A stretch of DNA of 64,000 bases, from positions 3,162-67,161 of the forward strand of contig JAFQBH010000014.1 in the NCBI GenBank assembly GCA_017399765.1. The letters are read 5' to 3'. The position numbers were made by a program, and so were the translations under genes. The stretch comes from Oscillospiraceae bacterium. Its GTDB lineage: Bacteria > Bacillota > Clostridia > Oscillospirales > Ruminococcaceae. Below, piece by piece: positions 28,096-37,052 of this stretch (positions are counted from its first letter, which is position 1; each line of letters starts with the position of its first letter). The notes below the pieces were generated by a model. The model ran no database searches and was not told the origin of the DNA. It saw only the letters and a list, made by a program, of their open reading frames with translations.

Positions 28096-29676
28096 ATGCC
28101 CAGTTTAAAAGAAGAAATTTCACGCAGAAGAACTTTTGCGATTATATCCCACCCCGACGCAGGTAAAACAACCCTTACCGAAAAATTCCTGCTCTATGGC
28201 GGCGCAATTGCCCAGGCGGGCGAAGTTAAAGGCAAAAAAGCCAAAGCCGCAACCTCCGACTGGATGGAAATTGAAAAGCAGCGCGGAATTTCCGTAACTT
28301 CCTCCGTAATGCAGTTCCAACACAGCGGTTTTTGCATCAACATTCTTGATACCCCCGGACACCAGGACTTTTCCGAAGATACTTACAGAACCCTTATGGC
28401 GGCGGACTCCGCAGTAATGGTAATCGACGGCGCAAAAGGCGTTGAGCCCCAGACCAGAAAACTCTTCAAAGTCTGCTCCATGCGCCACATTCCGATTTTT
28501 ACCTTCATCAATAAAATGGACCGCGAAACGAAGGATCCTTTCGATCTTTGCGAAGAAGTTGAGCGCGAACTCGGAATCGACACCTACGCAATGAACTGGC
28601 CCATAGGCTGCGGAAAAGAATTCCAGGGTGTTTATGACCGCGAAAAGAAAAGCATTCTTTTCTTCGGCGACGAAGGAAAAGGCAGAAAATCTTCCTCCGT
28701 TGAAATCGAACTCGATAACCCGGAAGTTGCGGATTACCTCGGCGAAAAAGGCTGGGAACAGATCCGCGATGACGTTGAACTCCTCGGTGCAGGAAGAGAT
28801 TTTGATATGGAAGCCGTTCAGAACGGAACCCTCAGCCCTGTTTTCTTCGGTTCCGCTTTAACAACCTTCGGCGTTGAACCCTTCCTCGAAGCCTTCCTCA
28901 AAATGACAACTCCTCCTCTTGCAAGAACTTCCGACGAAGGCGTTATCGACCCCATTGAAGAAGGTTTTTCCGCTTTCGTTTTCAAAATTCAGGCAAACAT
29001 GAACAAAGCCCACCGGGACCGCCTTGCTTTTATGCGAATCTGTTCCGGAAAATTCGAGCGCGACGCAGAAGTTTATCACGTTCAGGGCGGAAAGAAAATG
29101 CGCCTTTCCCAGCCGCAGCAGATTATGGCGGCGGAACGCGAAATTGTTGACGAAGCTTATGCCGGCGATATAATCGGCGTTTTCGATCCGGGCGTTTTCT
29201 CCATCGGCGATACAATCACAATGCCCGGCAGAAAATTCCGATATTCCGGAATTCCGACCTTTGAACCGGAGCACTTTATGTCTGTCCGTCCGAAAGATAC
29301 CATGAAGCGCAAACAGTTCATCAAGGGAATTGAACAGATTGCCCAGGAAGGCGCGATCCAGATTTTCAAAATTCCCGGCTATGGTCTTGAGGAAGCAATA
29401 ATCGGCGTAGTCGGTACTCTTCAGTTCGACGTTTTCCGTTACAGAATGCAGAGCGAATACGGCGTCGAGCTTTATATGAGCCCGCTTCCTTATGAGCATC
29501 TCCGTTTCATTCTCGAATGTCCCGTTCCTGTTAACCAGCTTGACCTTGCAAACGGAACCAAGGTTCTTGAAGATTACCGCGGCCACAACGTTCTTGTTTT
29601 CAGCGGAATCTGGGCGCTCAACTATATGATGAAAAACAACCCGGGTCTTGTTGTTTCCGACGAACTCCGAGTTTGA
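28096..29676 (+). CDS. prfC: Peptide chain release factor 3
   Basis: RRTFAIISHPDAGKTTLTEK, DTPGHQDF, NKMD. Length 526 aa. RBS GGAGG. Confidence 0.95.
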   Translation: MPSLKEEISRRRTFAIISHPDAGKTTLTEKFLLYGGAIAQAGEVKGKKAKAATSDWMEIEKQRGISVTSSVMQFQHSGFCINILDTPGHQDFSEDTYRTLMAADSAVMVIDGAKGVEPQTRKLFKVCSMRHIPIFTFINKMDRETKDPFDLCEEVERELGIDTYAMNWPIGCGKEFQGVYDREKKSILFFGDEGKGRKSSSVEIELDNPEVADYLGEKGWEQIRDDVELLGAGRDFDMEAVQNGTLSPVFFGSALTTFGVEPFLEAFLKMTTPPLARTSDEGVIDPIEEGFSAFVFKIQANMNKAHRDRLAFMRICSGKFERDAEVYHVQGGKKMRLSQPQQIMAAEREIVDEAYAGDIIGVFDPGVFSIGDTITMPGRKFRYSGIPTFEPEHFMSVRPKDTMKRKQFIKGIEQIAQEGAIQIFKIPGYGLEEAIIGVVGTLQFDVFRYRMQSEYGVELYMSPLPYEHLRFILECPVPVNQLDLANGTKVLEDYRGHNVLVFSGIWALNYMMKNNPGLVVSDELRV

Positions 29677-29686
29677 TTTTAAAAAG

Positions 29687-29716
29687 AAAAACCGCCTTAA
29701 AGGGCGGTTTTTTTAT
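29687..29716 (+). terminator. Intrinsic terminator after prfC
   Basis: AACCGCCTT-AA-AGGGCGGTTTTTTT. Confidence 0.8.
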
Positions 29717-29825
29717 GTGGTTTTATATAATTTTATTTTATATTATAATACTTAAAATTATATAAATTGCAAAATCAAAATTTGATAAATTACTGAAATT
29801 TGGCTTAATTATGCGGTTTAATAAA

Positions 29826-29858
29826 GAAAACGGGCGGATATCAATCCGCCCGTTTTTG
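29826..29858 (-). terminator. Intrinsic terminator after the small Zn-ribbon gene
   Basis: ACGGGCGGAT-ATCA-ATCCGCCCGT with flanking A/T runs. Confidence 0.8.
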
Positions 29859-29866
29859 CTGTTTTG

Positions 29867-30127
29867 TTATTCGTCAACTTTCTTTCCGCATTTCGGACAG
29901 AAATCCGGTTCCGCGGCTCTTGGATTGAACCATTCGCCGCAATGGGGGCATCTGTCAAAAGCATTTTGCTGCATCAGATTAAGGATAAGAAGCCCGACAC
30001 AGCACCAAAGGAGCCAGACTTTCATAAAAATTCCACCGAGCAAAGCAACCGCAACGGCGGCCAAAAGACCGATGTTGAAAATCCTTCTGCTGAGTTTGTG
30101 GTTCATCAAAAAAACCTCCTTTATCAT
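29867..30127 (-). CDS. Small membrane protein with C-terminal zinc ribbon
   Basis: Two hydrophobic helices followed by CPHCGEWF...CPKCGKKV. 4-nt overlap with the upstream XRE gene. Confidence 0.65.
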   Translation of the reverse strand: MIKEVFLMNHKLSRRIFNIGLLAAVAVALLGGIFMKVWLLWCCVGLLILNLMQQNAFDRCPHCGEWFNPRAAEPDFCPKCGKKVDE

Positions 30128-31068
30128 AAAACAACCATCGCAAAAATCGCAATGACTGCAAGAACGTTACAAATGATAAATGCCTTTCCGAAAAAGGGTT
30201 TAGGATCCTCTTCTTTTTTAAGCCTACTGCTTTCCGCAAGATATCCGCCGAGGGAAAGACCGACGGAAACAAACATCATTCCGAGCATAGGAAAAGGTTT
30301 TGCGGTGTTGTTCTGATATTCTTTAAGCTCAAAGAAAAGCACAAAAGCCGCTATCGCGAAAAAAATCATCACCATAAGAATAATTTCCGAAGGAAAAGCG
30401 CGTTTTGCTTTTTCAGCGTCCTTCGGGTCAAGATAAATTTTGTCGCCGAATTTATAACCCATAAAGAAAATTCCGGCAACGAAGGAAATTATATATCCGA
30501 AAAGAAGAATATACTGAATTTCAAATTCCGGAACGATAAGCGCCGTTGCAGTCATAAGGAAAAGATAGGAAGCGGTTTCAAATCCAAGCATAAAATCGAG
30601 CCCGGAAACGTATCTTTTAAGGTTTTCGGTATCGTATTTTATCTCCGAATCAAAACCCGCAAGCATTGAAAATTCGCCGCTTTTAACCATTCCCCAAAAC
30701 ATAAGATGGGTGAAACAATGCATCGGAATCGCGAGAATGATAAGCATTATCAGCGTTTCGCCGTTGAAATTTTTCGTAATTCCGCCGATGATGCAATAGG
30801 CTGTTACAATAAGAATTGAAATCAGGCAAAGAAGATGTCCGCCCGGGTGGATTTTTGCCTTCGGCTTTTCGGCTTCTTTTCCGCAAAGTTCATCAAGGGA
30901 AACACCGAAAATTTCCGAAAGCCGGATAAGGTTTTCCGTATCCGGGTTGCCTTTTCCGCTTTCCCATTTTGTAACCGCCTGGCGGGAAACTTCAAGAAGT
31001 TCCGCAAGTTTTTCCTGGGAAATTCCCTTTCTCTTTCTTAAATCCGAAATTTTTTCTCCAAGGGTCAT
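30124..31068 (-). CDS. Membrane-embedded XRE-family HTH protein (HTH_3 + about 6 TM helices)
   Basis: N-terminus LGEKISDLRKRKGISQEKLAELLEVSRQAVTKWESGK followed by multiple hydrophobic segments. Confidence 0.8.
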   Translation of the reverse strand: MTLGEKISDLRKRKGISQEKLAELLEVSRQAVTKWESGKGNPDTENLIRLSEIFGVSLDELCGKEAEKPKAKIHPGGHLLCLISILIVTAYCIIGGITKNFNGETLIMLIILAIPMHCFTHLMFWGMVKSGEFSMLAGFDSEIKYDTENLKRYVSGLDFMLGFETASYLFLMTATALIVPEFEIQYILLFGYIISFVAGIFFMGYKFGDKIYLDPKDAEKAKRAFPSEIILMVMIFFAIAAFVLFFELKEYQNNTAKPFPMLGMMFVSVGLSLGGYLAESSRLKKEEDPKPFFGKAFIICNVLAVIAIFAMVVL

Positions 31069-31133
31069 AAAAAAATCCGCCCCCTTTCATACTTTCAGTT
31101 TACAGTATTTTACGAATTATTACAAGCAACAAA

Positions 31134-31165
31134 GGCGGCAACTTTTGGTTGCCGCCGGTTTTTTT
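31134..31165 (+). terminator. Orphan plus-strand terminator-like hairpin upstream of the glpA-like promoter
   Basis: GGCGGCAAC-TTTTG-GTTGCCGCC-GG-TTTTTTT. There is no plus-strand gene immediately upstream. Confidence 0.45.
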
Positions 31166-31212
31166 ATGAAAAACAAACATAATGCGGTGTTAAATATTTA
31201 TAAAATTATATA

Positions 31213-31240
31213 TTGAATATTCCGTCGTTTTTGGTATAAT
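31213..31240 (+). promoter_or_regulatory. Sigma-A promoter of the glpA-like operon
   Basis: TTGAAT-16 nt-TATAAT. Confidence 0.6.
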
Positions 31241-31270
31241 TATGGTGTTAGAATATGCGCAACTTTTAAA

Positions 31271-31332
31271 AGCACGAAAGGAGGCCGTTGGAAAGCTTTT
31301 ATGCCCGATGTCTTTTCCTTACGTGCTTTTTT
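31271..31332 (+). promoter_or_regulatory. 5' leader terminator/attenuator of the glpA-like operon
   Basis: AGCACGAAAGGA...TCCTTACGTGCT (12-bp stem with 1 mismatch) followed by TTTTTT. It lies between the promoter and the TTG start at 31357. Confidence 0.55.
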
Positions 31333-31356
31333 GTTGCCTGAAAGGGGATTTTTAAA

Positions 31357-32805
31357 TTGGTCTATGACGTTGCTGTGATCGGCGCCGGCATTATCGGCTG
31401 CGGAGTTGCAAGAGAACTCTCCCGCTATAACTGCAAGGCTGTCCTGATCGAAAAAGAAAACGATGTGGCGATGGGCACCACCCGTGCAAACAGCGCCATT
31501 ATCCACGCAGGCTATGACCCGGAACCCGGAACTCTTATGGCGAAATATAACGCTCCGGGCAACAAAATGGCCGGCGAAATCTGTGAGGAACTTGATGTTC
31601 CCTTCAAGCGCTGCGGTTCCTTTGTTCTTGCTTTCAGCGAAGAGGAAATGGAAACCGTGAAAAAACTTTATGACAGAGGCGTAAAAAACGGTGTTCCGGA
31701 TCAGCAGATCCTTTCCAGCGAAGAAGTTCGCAAAATGGAACCCAACGTTTCCGAAAACTGCGTGGGCGCACTTTTTGCTCCTTCCGCAGGTATCGTAAAC
31801 CCCTGGGAATTTGCTCTTGCAATGGGCGAACAGGCCGTTGAAAACGGAGTTGAACTCAAACTTTGCTGGGAAGTCGCTTCCATTGAAAAAGAAAACGGAA
31901 ACTTCGTTATCACCGGCAAAAACGGCGAAAAAATCGAAGCAAAATTCGTTGTTAACGCCGCCGGCGTTTACAGCGATACCGTTGCCAACATGATCGGCGA
32001 CGAAAGCTTTTCAATCGATTCTTCCAGAGGCCAGTATTATCTTCTCGATAAATCCCAGGGCGAGCTTTTTAACCACGTAATGTTCCAGTGTCCCGGTCCT
32101 CTCGGAAAAGGCGTTCTCGTTGCTCCCACAGTTCACGGAAACCTTATCGTAGGTCCCGACGCAAACCCCGGCTGTGAAAAAGACGACGTTTCCACCGACC
32201 GCGAAGGTCTTGCAAACGTTGCCGCAACCAGCAAAAAGACCACCACCGCAGTAAACTTCCGCGAATGCATCAGAAACTTCGCGGGTCTTAGAAGCGAACC
32301 TTCCACCCACGATTTCATCGTCGGTTTTTCCGAAAAAGACGACCACTTCATGAACATCGCCGGAATCAAATCTCCCGGCCTTTCCGCAGCTCCCGCAATT
32401 GCGGAAGACGCAGTAAGAATGCTTCTTGAAGCGGGCGTTCCTTCCGAAAAGAAAGAAAACTTCATCGGCGGACACAAACACCTTCGCTTCAAAGAACTTT
32501 CCGACGAAGAAAAAGCCGCCGCAATCGCAAAAAATCCGCTTTACGGCCGTGTAATCTGCCGCTGTGAAACCATTACCGAAGGCGAAATTGTCGATGCTCT
32601 CCACGGAGTAATCGTTCCCAGAACCCTTGACGGAATCAAACGCCGCTGCAACGCAGGTATGGGTCGTTGCCAGAGCGGTTTCTGCGGACCGAAAGTTCTC
32701 GAAATCATTGCCCGCGAACTTGATATGGATCCCGTTGATGTTCTTCTTGACAAAGACGGTTCCTACATACTCACCGGAAAAACCACGAAGGGAGGCTGCC
32801 GTTAA
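31357..32805 (+). CDS. FAD-dependent glycerol-3-phosphate dehydrogenase/oxidase-like protein with BFD-like [2Fe-2S] domain
   Basis: YDVAVIGAGIIGCGVAREL dinucleotide fold and C-terminal CRCETITEGEI...CNAGMGRCQSGFC. TTG start with RBS AAAGGGGA. Confidence 0.8.
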   Translation: MVYDVAVIGAGIIGCGVARELSRYNCKAVLIEKENDVAMGTTRANSAIIHAGYDPEPGTLMAKYNAPGNKMAGEICEELDVPFKRCGSFVLAFSEEEMETVKKLYDRGVKNGVPDQQILSSEEVRKMEPNVSENCVGALFAPSAGIVNPWEFALAMGEQAVENGVELKLCWEVASIEKENGNFVITGKNGEKIEAKFVVNAAGVYSDTVANMIGDESFSIDSSRGQYYLLDKSQGELFNHVMFQCPGPLGKGVLVAPTVHGNLIVGPDANPGCEKDDVSTDREGLANVAATSKKTTTAVNFRECIRNFAGLRSEPSTHDFIVGFSEKDDHFMNIAGIKSPGLSAAPAIAEDAVRMLLEAGVPSEKKENFIGGHKHLRFKELSDEEKAAAIAKNPLYGRVICRCETITEGEIVDALHGVIVPRTLDGIKRRCNAGMGRCQSGFCGPKVLEIIARELDMDPVDVLLDKDGSYILTGKTTKGGCR

Positions 32806-34085
32806 TGTATTATGATTTAGTTGTTGTCGGCGGAGGCCCCGCGGGTCTTGCTGCCGCAGAAGAAGCAAAACGTAACGGAGCAGGCTCCGTTCTCATTATC
32901 GAACGCGATAAAGAGCTCGGCGGAATCCTTAACCAGTGCATCCATTCCGGTTTCGGTCTTCATGTTTTTAAAGAACAGCTTTCCGGTCCGGAATATGCCC
33001 AGAGATTCATCGACCGTCTTGAAGGAACCGGAATCGAAGTAAAAACCGATACCATGGTTCTTGCAATCACCCCGGAAAAATCCGTTTACGCAATCAACTC
33101 CAACGAAGGCTATATGAAAATAGATGCCGGCGCAATCGTTCTTGCAATGGGCTGCCGCGAAAGAACCCGCGGAGCAATTTCCATTCCCGGAGAAAGACCT
33201 TCCGGAATTTTCACCGCCGGCGCCGCCCAGAAATATATCAACATGGATGGTTATATGTGCGGTAAAAAAGTCCTTATCCTCGGTTCCGGCGATATCGGCC
33301 TTATCATGGCAAGAAGAATGACCCTTGAAGGCGCCGAAGTCAAAGCAGTTGTTGAACTTATGCCCTATTCCAACGGCCTTAAACGTAACATTGCCCAGTG
33401 CCTTGATGACTATGGTATTCCGCTTTATCTCAGCCACACCGTAACCGATATCAAAGGTGAAAACGGACGTCTTTCCAAAGTAATCGTAAGCAAGGTAAAC
33501 GGTTATGACCCCATTCCCGGAACCAAAATTGAATTCGACGTAGATACCCTTCTTCTTTCCGTCGGTCTTGTTCCGGAAAACGAACTTTCCCGTTCTGCCG
33601 GAGTTGTTCTCGATAAACGCACCAACGGCGCGATCGTTGACGAAACCATGATGACTTCCATTCCCGGAATCTTCGCCTGCGGCAACGTTCTCCACGTTCA
33701 CGACCTTGTTGACTTCGTAACCCACGAATCCGAAAGAGCCGGCAAAGCCGCCGCCGAATATCTTAAAGCACAGCGCGAAGGCGCTTCTTCCGAAGAAGCG
33801 GAAGCTCCCATCGAACTCCATAACGGCGATTTTATCGGTTACACCGTTCCCCAGAAAGTAACCGTTTCCAAAGTCGATAAATTCATCGAAGTTTTGTTCC
33901 GCGTCCGCGCGGTCCTCAACAACGCAACCGTTGTTGTAAAAGCCGGCGACAAAGTTCTTATGAGCAAAAAACACGAACAGATGCTTCCCGCAGAGATGGA
34001 AAAACTCATTATCCCGAAAAAAATGCTCGAAATGGCAAACGGTCAGGATATTGAAATTGCAGTTGTTAAGGAGGGTGAAGAATAA
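32805..34085 (+). CDS. FAD/NAD(P)-binding pyridine-nucleotide-disulfide-type oxidoreductase
   Basis: DLVVVGGGPAGLAAA and VLILGSGDIGLIMA Rossmann motifs. Start overlaps the upstream stop. Confidence 0.8.
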   Translation: MYYDLVVVGGGPAGLAAAEEAKRNGAGSVLIIERDKELGGILNQCIHSGFGLHVFKEQLSGPEYAQRFIDRLEGTGIEVKTDTMVLAITPEKSVYAINSNEGYMKIDAGAIVLAMGCRERTRGAISIPGERPSGIFTAGAAQKYINMDGYMCGKKVLILGSGDIGLIMARRMTLEGAEVKAVVELMPYSNGLKRNIAQCLDDYGIPLYLSHTVTDIKGENGRLSKVIVSKVNGYDPIPGTKIEFDVDTLLLSVGLVPENELSRSAGVVLDKRTNGAIVDETMMTSIPGIFACGNVLHVHDLVDFVTHESERAGKAAAEYLKAQREGASSEEAEAPIELHNGDFIGYTVPQKVTVSKVDKFIEVLFRVRAVLNNATVVVKAGDKVLMSKKHEQMLPAEMEKLIIPKKMLEMANGQDIEIAVVKEGEE

Positions 34086-34435
34086 TGCTTAAAACCATAA
34101 CCTGTATCTGCTGCCCCAAAGGCTGCCTTGTAACCCTCGATACCGAAAACCCCGAAGAAACCGCAAAAGGCTTTAACTGCCCCCAGGGAAAAGAATACGC
34201 CATCGGCGAACTTACTCACCCGATGAGAACCATTTCCTCCACCGTTGAAATCAAAGGCGGACTTCATCCGAGAATCCCCGTTAAAACCAACGGCAACATT
34301 CCGAAGGAGAAAATCTTCGAAGTAATGGACGAAATCAACAAAATTTCCGTCGAAAGCCCGGTTAAATGCGGAGATATCCTTCTCGAAAACGTACTCGATA
34401 CCGGCGTAAACATTGTCGCCTGCAGAGATATGTAA
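34085..34435 (+). CDS. DUF1667-domain protein (third member of the conserved three-gene redox cluster)
   Basis: 116 aa, N-terminal CICCPKGC...CPQG Cys cluster, ATGA-type overlap with the upstream gene. Confidence 0.7.
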   Translation: MLKTITCICCPKGCLVTLDTENPEETAKGFNCPQGKEYAIGELTHPMRTISSTVEIKGGLHPRIPVKTNGNIPKEKIFEVMDEINKISVESPVKCGDILLENVLDTGVNIVACRDM

Positions 34436-34462
34436 TTCCCGTGCTCAAAAGTTTATGAAAAC

Positions 34463-34499
34463 AAAAAGTCCCGTGCTCGTTTGAGCACGGGACTTTTTG
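34463..34499 (+). terminator. Intrinsic terminator after the DUF1667 gene
   Basis: AGTCCCGTGCTC-GTTT-GAGCACGGGACT + TTTTT. Confidence 0.85.
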
Positions 34500-34503
34500 T
34501 TGC

Positions 34504-34536
34504 AAAAAAGGCGGCCATTGGCCGCCTTTTCTTTTT
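34504..34536 (-). terminator. Intrinsic terminator after the MtnA-like gene
   Basis: AAGGCGGCC-ATT-GGCCGCCTT with a T-run on the minus strand. Confidence 0.8.
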
Positions 34537-34542
34537 ATTAAA

Positions 34543-35613
34543 TTATACAATAAGTTCATATTCGCCGGTGCCGTCGTCGCCGTTGTAATAATCCCAAAGT
34601 TTGTCGCCGTCATAGATGCCTTTGTCGGTGACAAAGCCGGTTACGAGTTCCGGAGGAGTTTTGTCGAATGCGGGATAGAATCCGTTTACGCCTTCAACGG
34701 CGGTGCGGGTTCCGAGAGCTTCAAGAACAAGGTTAGGGTCGCGCTCTTCGATTTTAACGTCCTTCGCGAAGGGGTGGCATTTATCGGGAGTTCCGGTTAC
34801 ATAGAAAGGAATTCCCCAGTATTTTGCCGCAAGAGCGATCTGGAAAGTTCCGACTTTGTTGATAACAACGCCGTCCATAGTGATTGCGTCGGCGGCGCAG
34901 GTGAAAACGTCAACTTTCTTTTCATGCATGGTCCAGCCGGGCATATTATCGGTGATAACCGTTACGTCAAATCCCATATCGTGAAGAACGGAAGCGGTAA
35001 GTCTTGCGCCCTGGAAATAAGGTCTTGTTTCCGGGCAAACGAATTTGATCTTTTTGCCCTGAGCTTTTATTTCCTTACACATAAAGCCAAGAATGGTTTC
35101 TGCATAGCACTGGGTCATAACGGTGCCTTCATCGGGGAATTTTGAAACAAGGTGTTTTGCAACTTCGCCGATTTTGTTGTAGCGATTATCGGTAAGAGCG
35201 ATAATTCTGTCAAAAGTTGCCTGAATAGCGTCTTTTTCGCCGGCGGCAAAAGCTTCTTCCGCTGCGGCAACGCAGGAATCGGTGATGATTTTGATGCGTT
35301 TCGCGGTGGTGGGTCTTGCGTTAACAATAAGATCCTGCGCATGGCGGATATGTTCCATCGCCTTATCATAAGGCATATCTTTTGCTTCATAAGCCGCAAG
35401 AACAATTCCCATTCCGCATGCAAGATAAGGACCTGCGCTCTGGACTATCATATCTCTCATTGCGTTTGCAACTTCTTCGGAAGAATGACAGGTAACGAAT
35501 TTTATGGGGTGCGGATAGCAGCGGCGGTCCAGAATTCTGACCGTGCCGTTTTCGTACCAGGCTACGTTTTCATATCTTAAAAGGAAGGCAAGGCCTTCGT
35601 CTGCTCTCGGCAT
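34543..35613 (-). CDS. eIF-2B alpha/beta/delta-related family protein (MtnA-like ribose-1-phosphate isomerase family)
   Basis: CPETRPYFQGARLTASVL, DNMPGWTM and CAADAITMDGVVINKVGTFQIALAAKYWGIPFYV match the MtnA/eIF2B-like core. Confidence 0.7.
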   Translation of the reverse strand: MPRADEGLAFLLRYENVAWYENGTVRILDRRCYPHPIKFVTCHSSEEVANAMRDMIVQSAGPYLACGMGIVLAAYEAKDMPYDKAMEHIRHAQDLIVNARPTTAKRIKIITDSCVAAAEEAFAAGEKDAIQATFDRIIALTDNRYNKIGEVAKHLVSKFPDEGTVMTQCYAETILGFMCKEIKAQGKKIKFVCPETRPYFQGARLTASVLHDMGFDVTVITDNMPGWTMHEKKVDVFTCAADAITMDGVVINKVGTFQIALAAKYWGIPFYVTGTPDKCHPFAKDVKIEERDPNLVLEALGTRTAVEGVNGFYPAFDKTPPELVTGFVTDKGIYDGDKLWDYYNGDDGTGEYELIV

Positions 35614-35745
35614 TATTAAAAAACTCCCTTCGGAAACATATTTCGGCTTTATTATACACTTTTATCGCAAAAGTTACAAGTTTCGGAACGAATTTTATAA
35701 TTTACCTTTCCTTCTTTTTGTGATATAGTAATACCGTGATTTTTT

Positions 35746-36672
35746 ATGAAAGCCGGTGTTTTTTCTATGAAAATTTTTGCTCCGGATTATTATAAAGATT
35801 TTTGCTGCATTGCCGGAAATTGCCGCCACAGCTGCTGTATCGGTTGGGAAATCGAAATCGATTCCGAAACGGCCGGTTTTTACAAAAAAGTTCCCGGTAC
35901 TTTCGGCGAAAAACTTCGAGGCAATATCAATTTCAATGAAAACGGCGGAATTTTTCGCCTTTGCGAAAAGGAACGCTGTCCTTTTCTTAATAAAAACGGC
36001 CTTTGCGATATTATAATAAATCTCGGCGAAGATTCCCTTTGCCAAATTTGTTCCGATCATCCCCGCTTCAGGAATTTTTATGAAAGCCGGACGGAAATCG
36101 GACTCGGTCTTTGCTGCGAGGAAGCAGCAAGGCTTGTTCTTGAAAAAACAGAAAAAACTTCGCTTTCCGAAATCGGCGAAGACGAAATTTCCGGTTTTCC
36201 TGCTTCTGAAGAAGATTTGTTTTTTTCTTTCCGGAAAAAGATATTCGATATTATTCAAAACCGCAAAAAAAGCATTGAAGAAAGAATTTCCGAAGCTTTT
36301 GAACTTTTCGGGAAAAGGATTCCGAAAATCGATTTTTCGGAATGGGCTGAAAATTTTTCCGGACTTGAAAGGCTTGATGATGAATGGACGCGGATTCTTG
36401 AATATATAAAGAAAAATCCCGCTCCGCCGGAAATAAAAGATGAAATCGCCGCGGAACAGCTTCTTTTCTATTTTATCTTCCGCCATTTTTCCATTGATGA
36501 ACCGGAGATTTCTTTCGCCTTTTCCGTTTTATGTTTTTATATGACGGAAAAAGCTGCAGAAAAAAACGGTCTTCTTGATTCGGCAAGACTTTTTTCTTCC
36601 GAAATCGAATATTCCGATGAAAACAAAGACCTTGTTCTTGATATGATTTTTGAAAAAGGGGTGCTTTTATGA
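35746..36672 (+). CDS. FliB/YkgJ-like Cys-cluster protein (flagellin lysine-N-methylase family)
   Basis: N-terminus APDYYKDFCCIAGNCRHSCCIGWEIEID is the family signature. The ATG at 35767 is an alternative start. No flagellar genes are nearby. Confidence 0.65.
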   Translation: MKAGVFSMKIFAPDYYKDFCCIAGNCRHSCCIGWEIEIDSETAGFYKKVPGTFGEKLRGNINFNENGGIFRLCEKERCPFLNKNGLCDIIINLGEDSLCQICSDHPRFRNFYESRTEIGLGLCCEEAARLVLEKTEKTSLSEIGEDEISGFPASEEDLFFSFRKKIFDIIQNRKKSIEERISEAFELFGKRIPKIDFSEWAENFSGLERLDDEWTRILEYIKKNPAPPEIKDEIAAEQLLFYFIFRHFSIDEPEISFAFSVLCFYMTEKAAEKNGLLDSARLFSSEIEYSDENKDLVLDMIFEKGVLL

Positions 36673-37004
36673 AACAGGAAACCATAGATATGGTGCTTAA
36701 ATTCCGGGACGACCGGAATTGGAAACAATTCCATAACCCGAAGGACCTTGCCGTTTCTATCTCTCTTGAAGCGGCGGAACTTCTTGAGGTTTTTCAATGG
36801 AGCGCGGAAGACCTTTTTTGTGAAGGCAAAAAGGATAAAATAAAAGAGGAACTTGCGGACGTAATAAACTACTGCATTCTTATGGCGGATGCCTGCGGAC
36901 TTGATCTTGATGAAATAGTTTCGGAAAAAGTTAAACGCAACAGCGAAAAATATCCCGTTGAACTTGCCTTCGGAAGCAAAGCAAAATATACGGAACTTAA
37001 ATAA
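36669..37004 (+). CDS. MazG-like nucleotide pyrophosphohydrolase (small all-alpha NTP-PPase)
   Basis: FRDDRNWKQFHNPKDLAVSISLEAAELLEVFQW...EELADVINYCILMAD. ATGA overlap with the upstream gene. Confidence 0.8.
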   Translation: MKQETIDMVLKFRDDRNWKQFHNPKDLAVSISLEAAELLEVFQWSAEDLFCEGKKDKIKEELADVINYCILMADACGLDLDEIVSEKVKRNSEKYPVELAFGSKAKYTELK

Positions 37005-37041
37005 AAAAACAGGACGCGGAAAATCCGCGTCCTGTTTTTTT
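37004..37041. terminator. Bidirectional intrinsic terminator
   Basis: AAAAAAACAGGACGCGG-AAAA-TCCGCGTCCTGTTTTTTT. Confidence 0.85.
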
Positions 37042-37052
37042 GTATTAACAAA

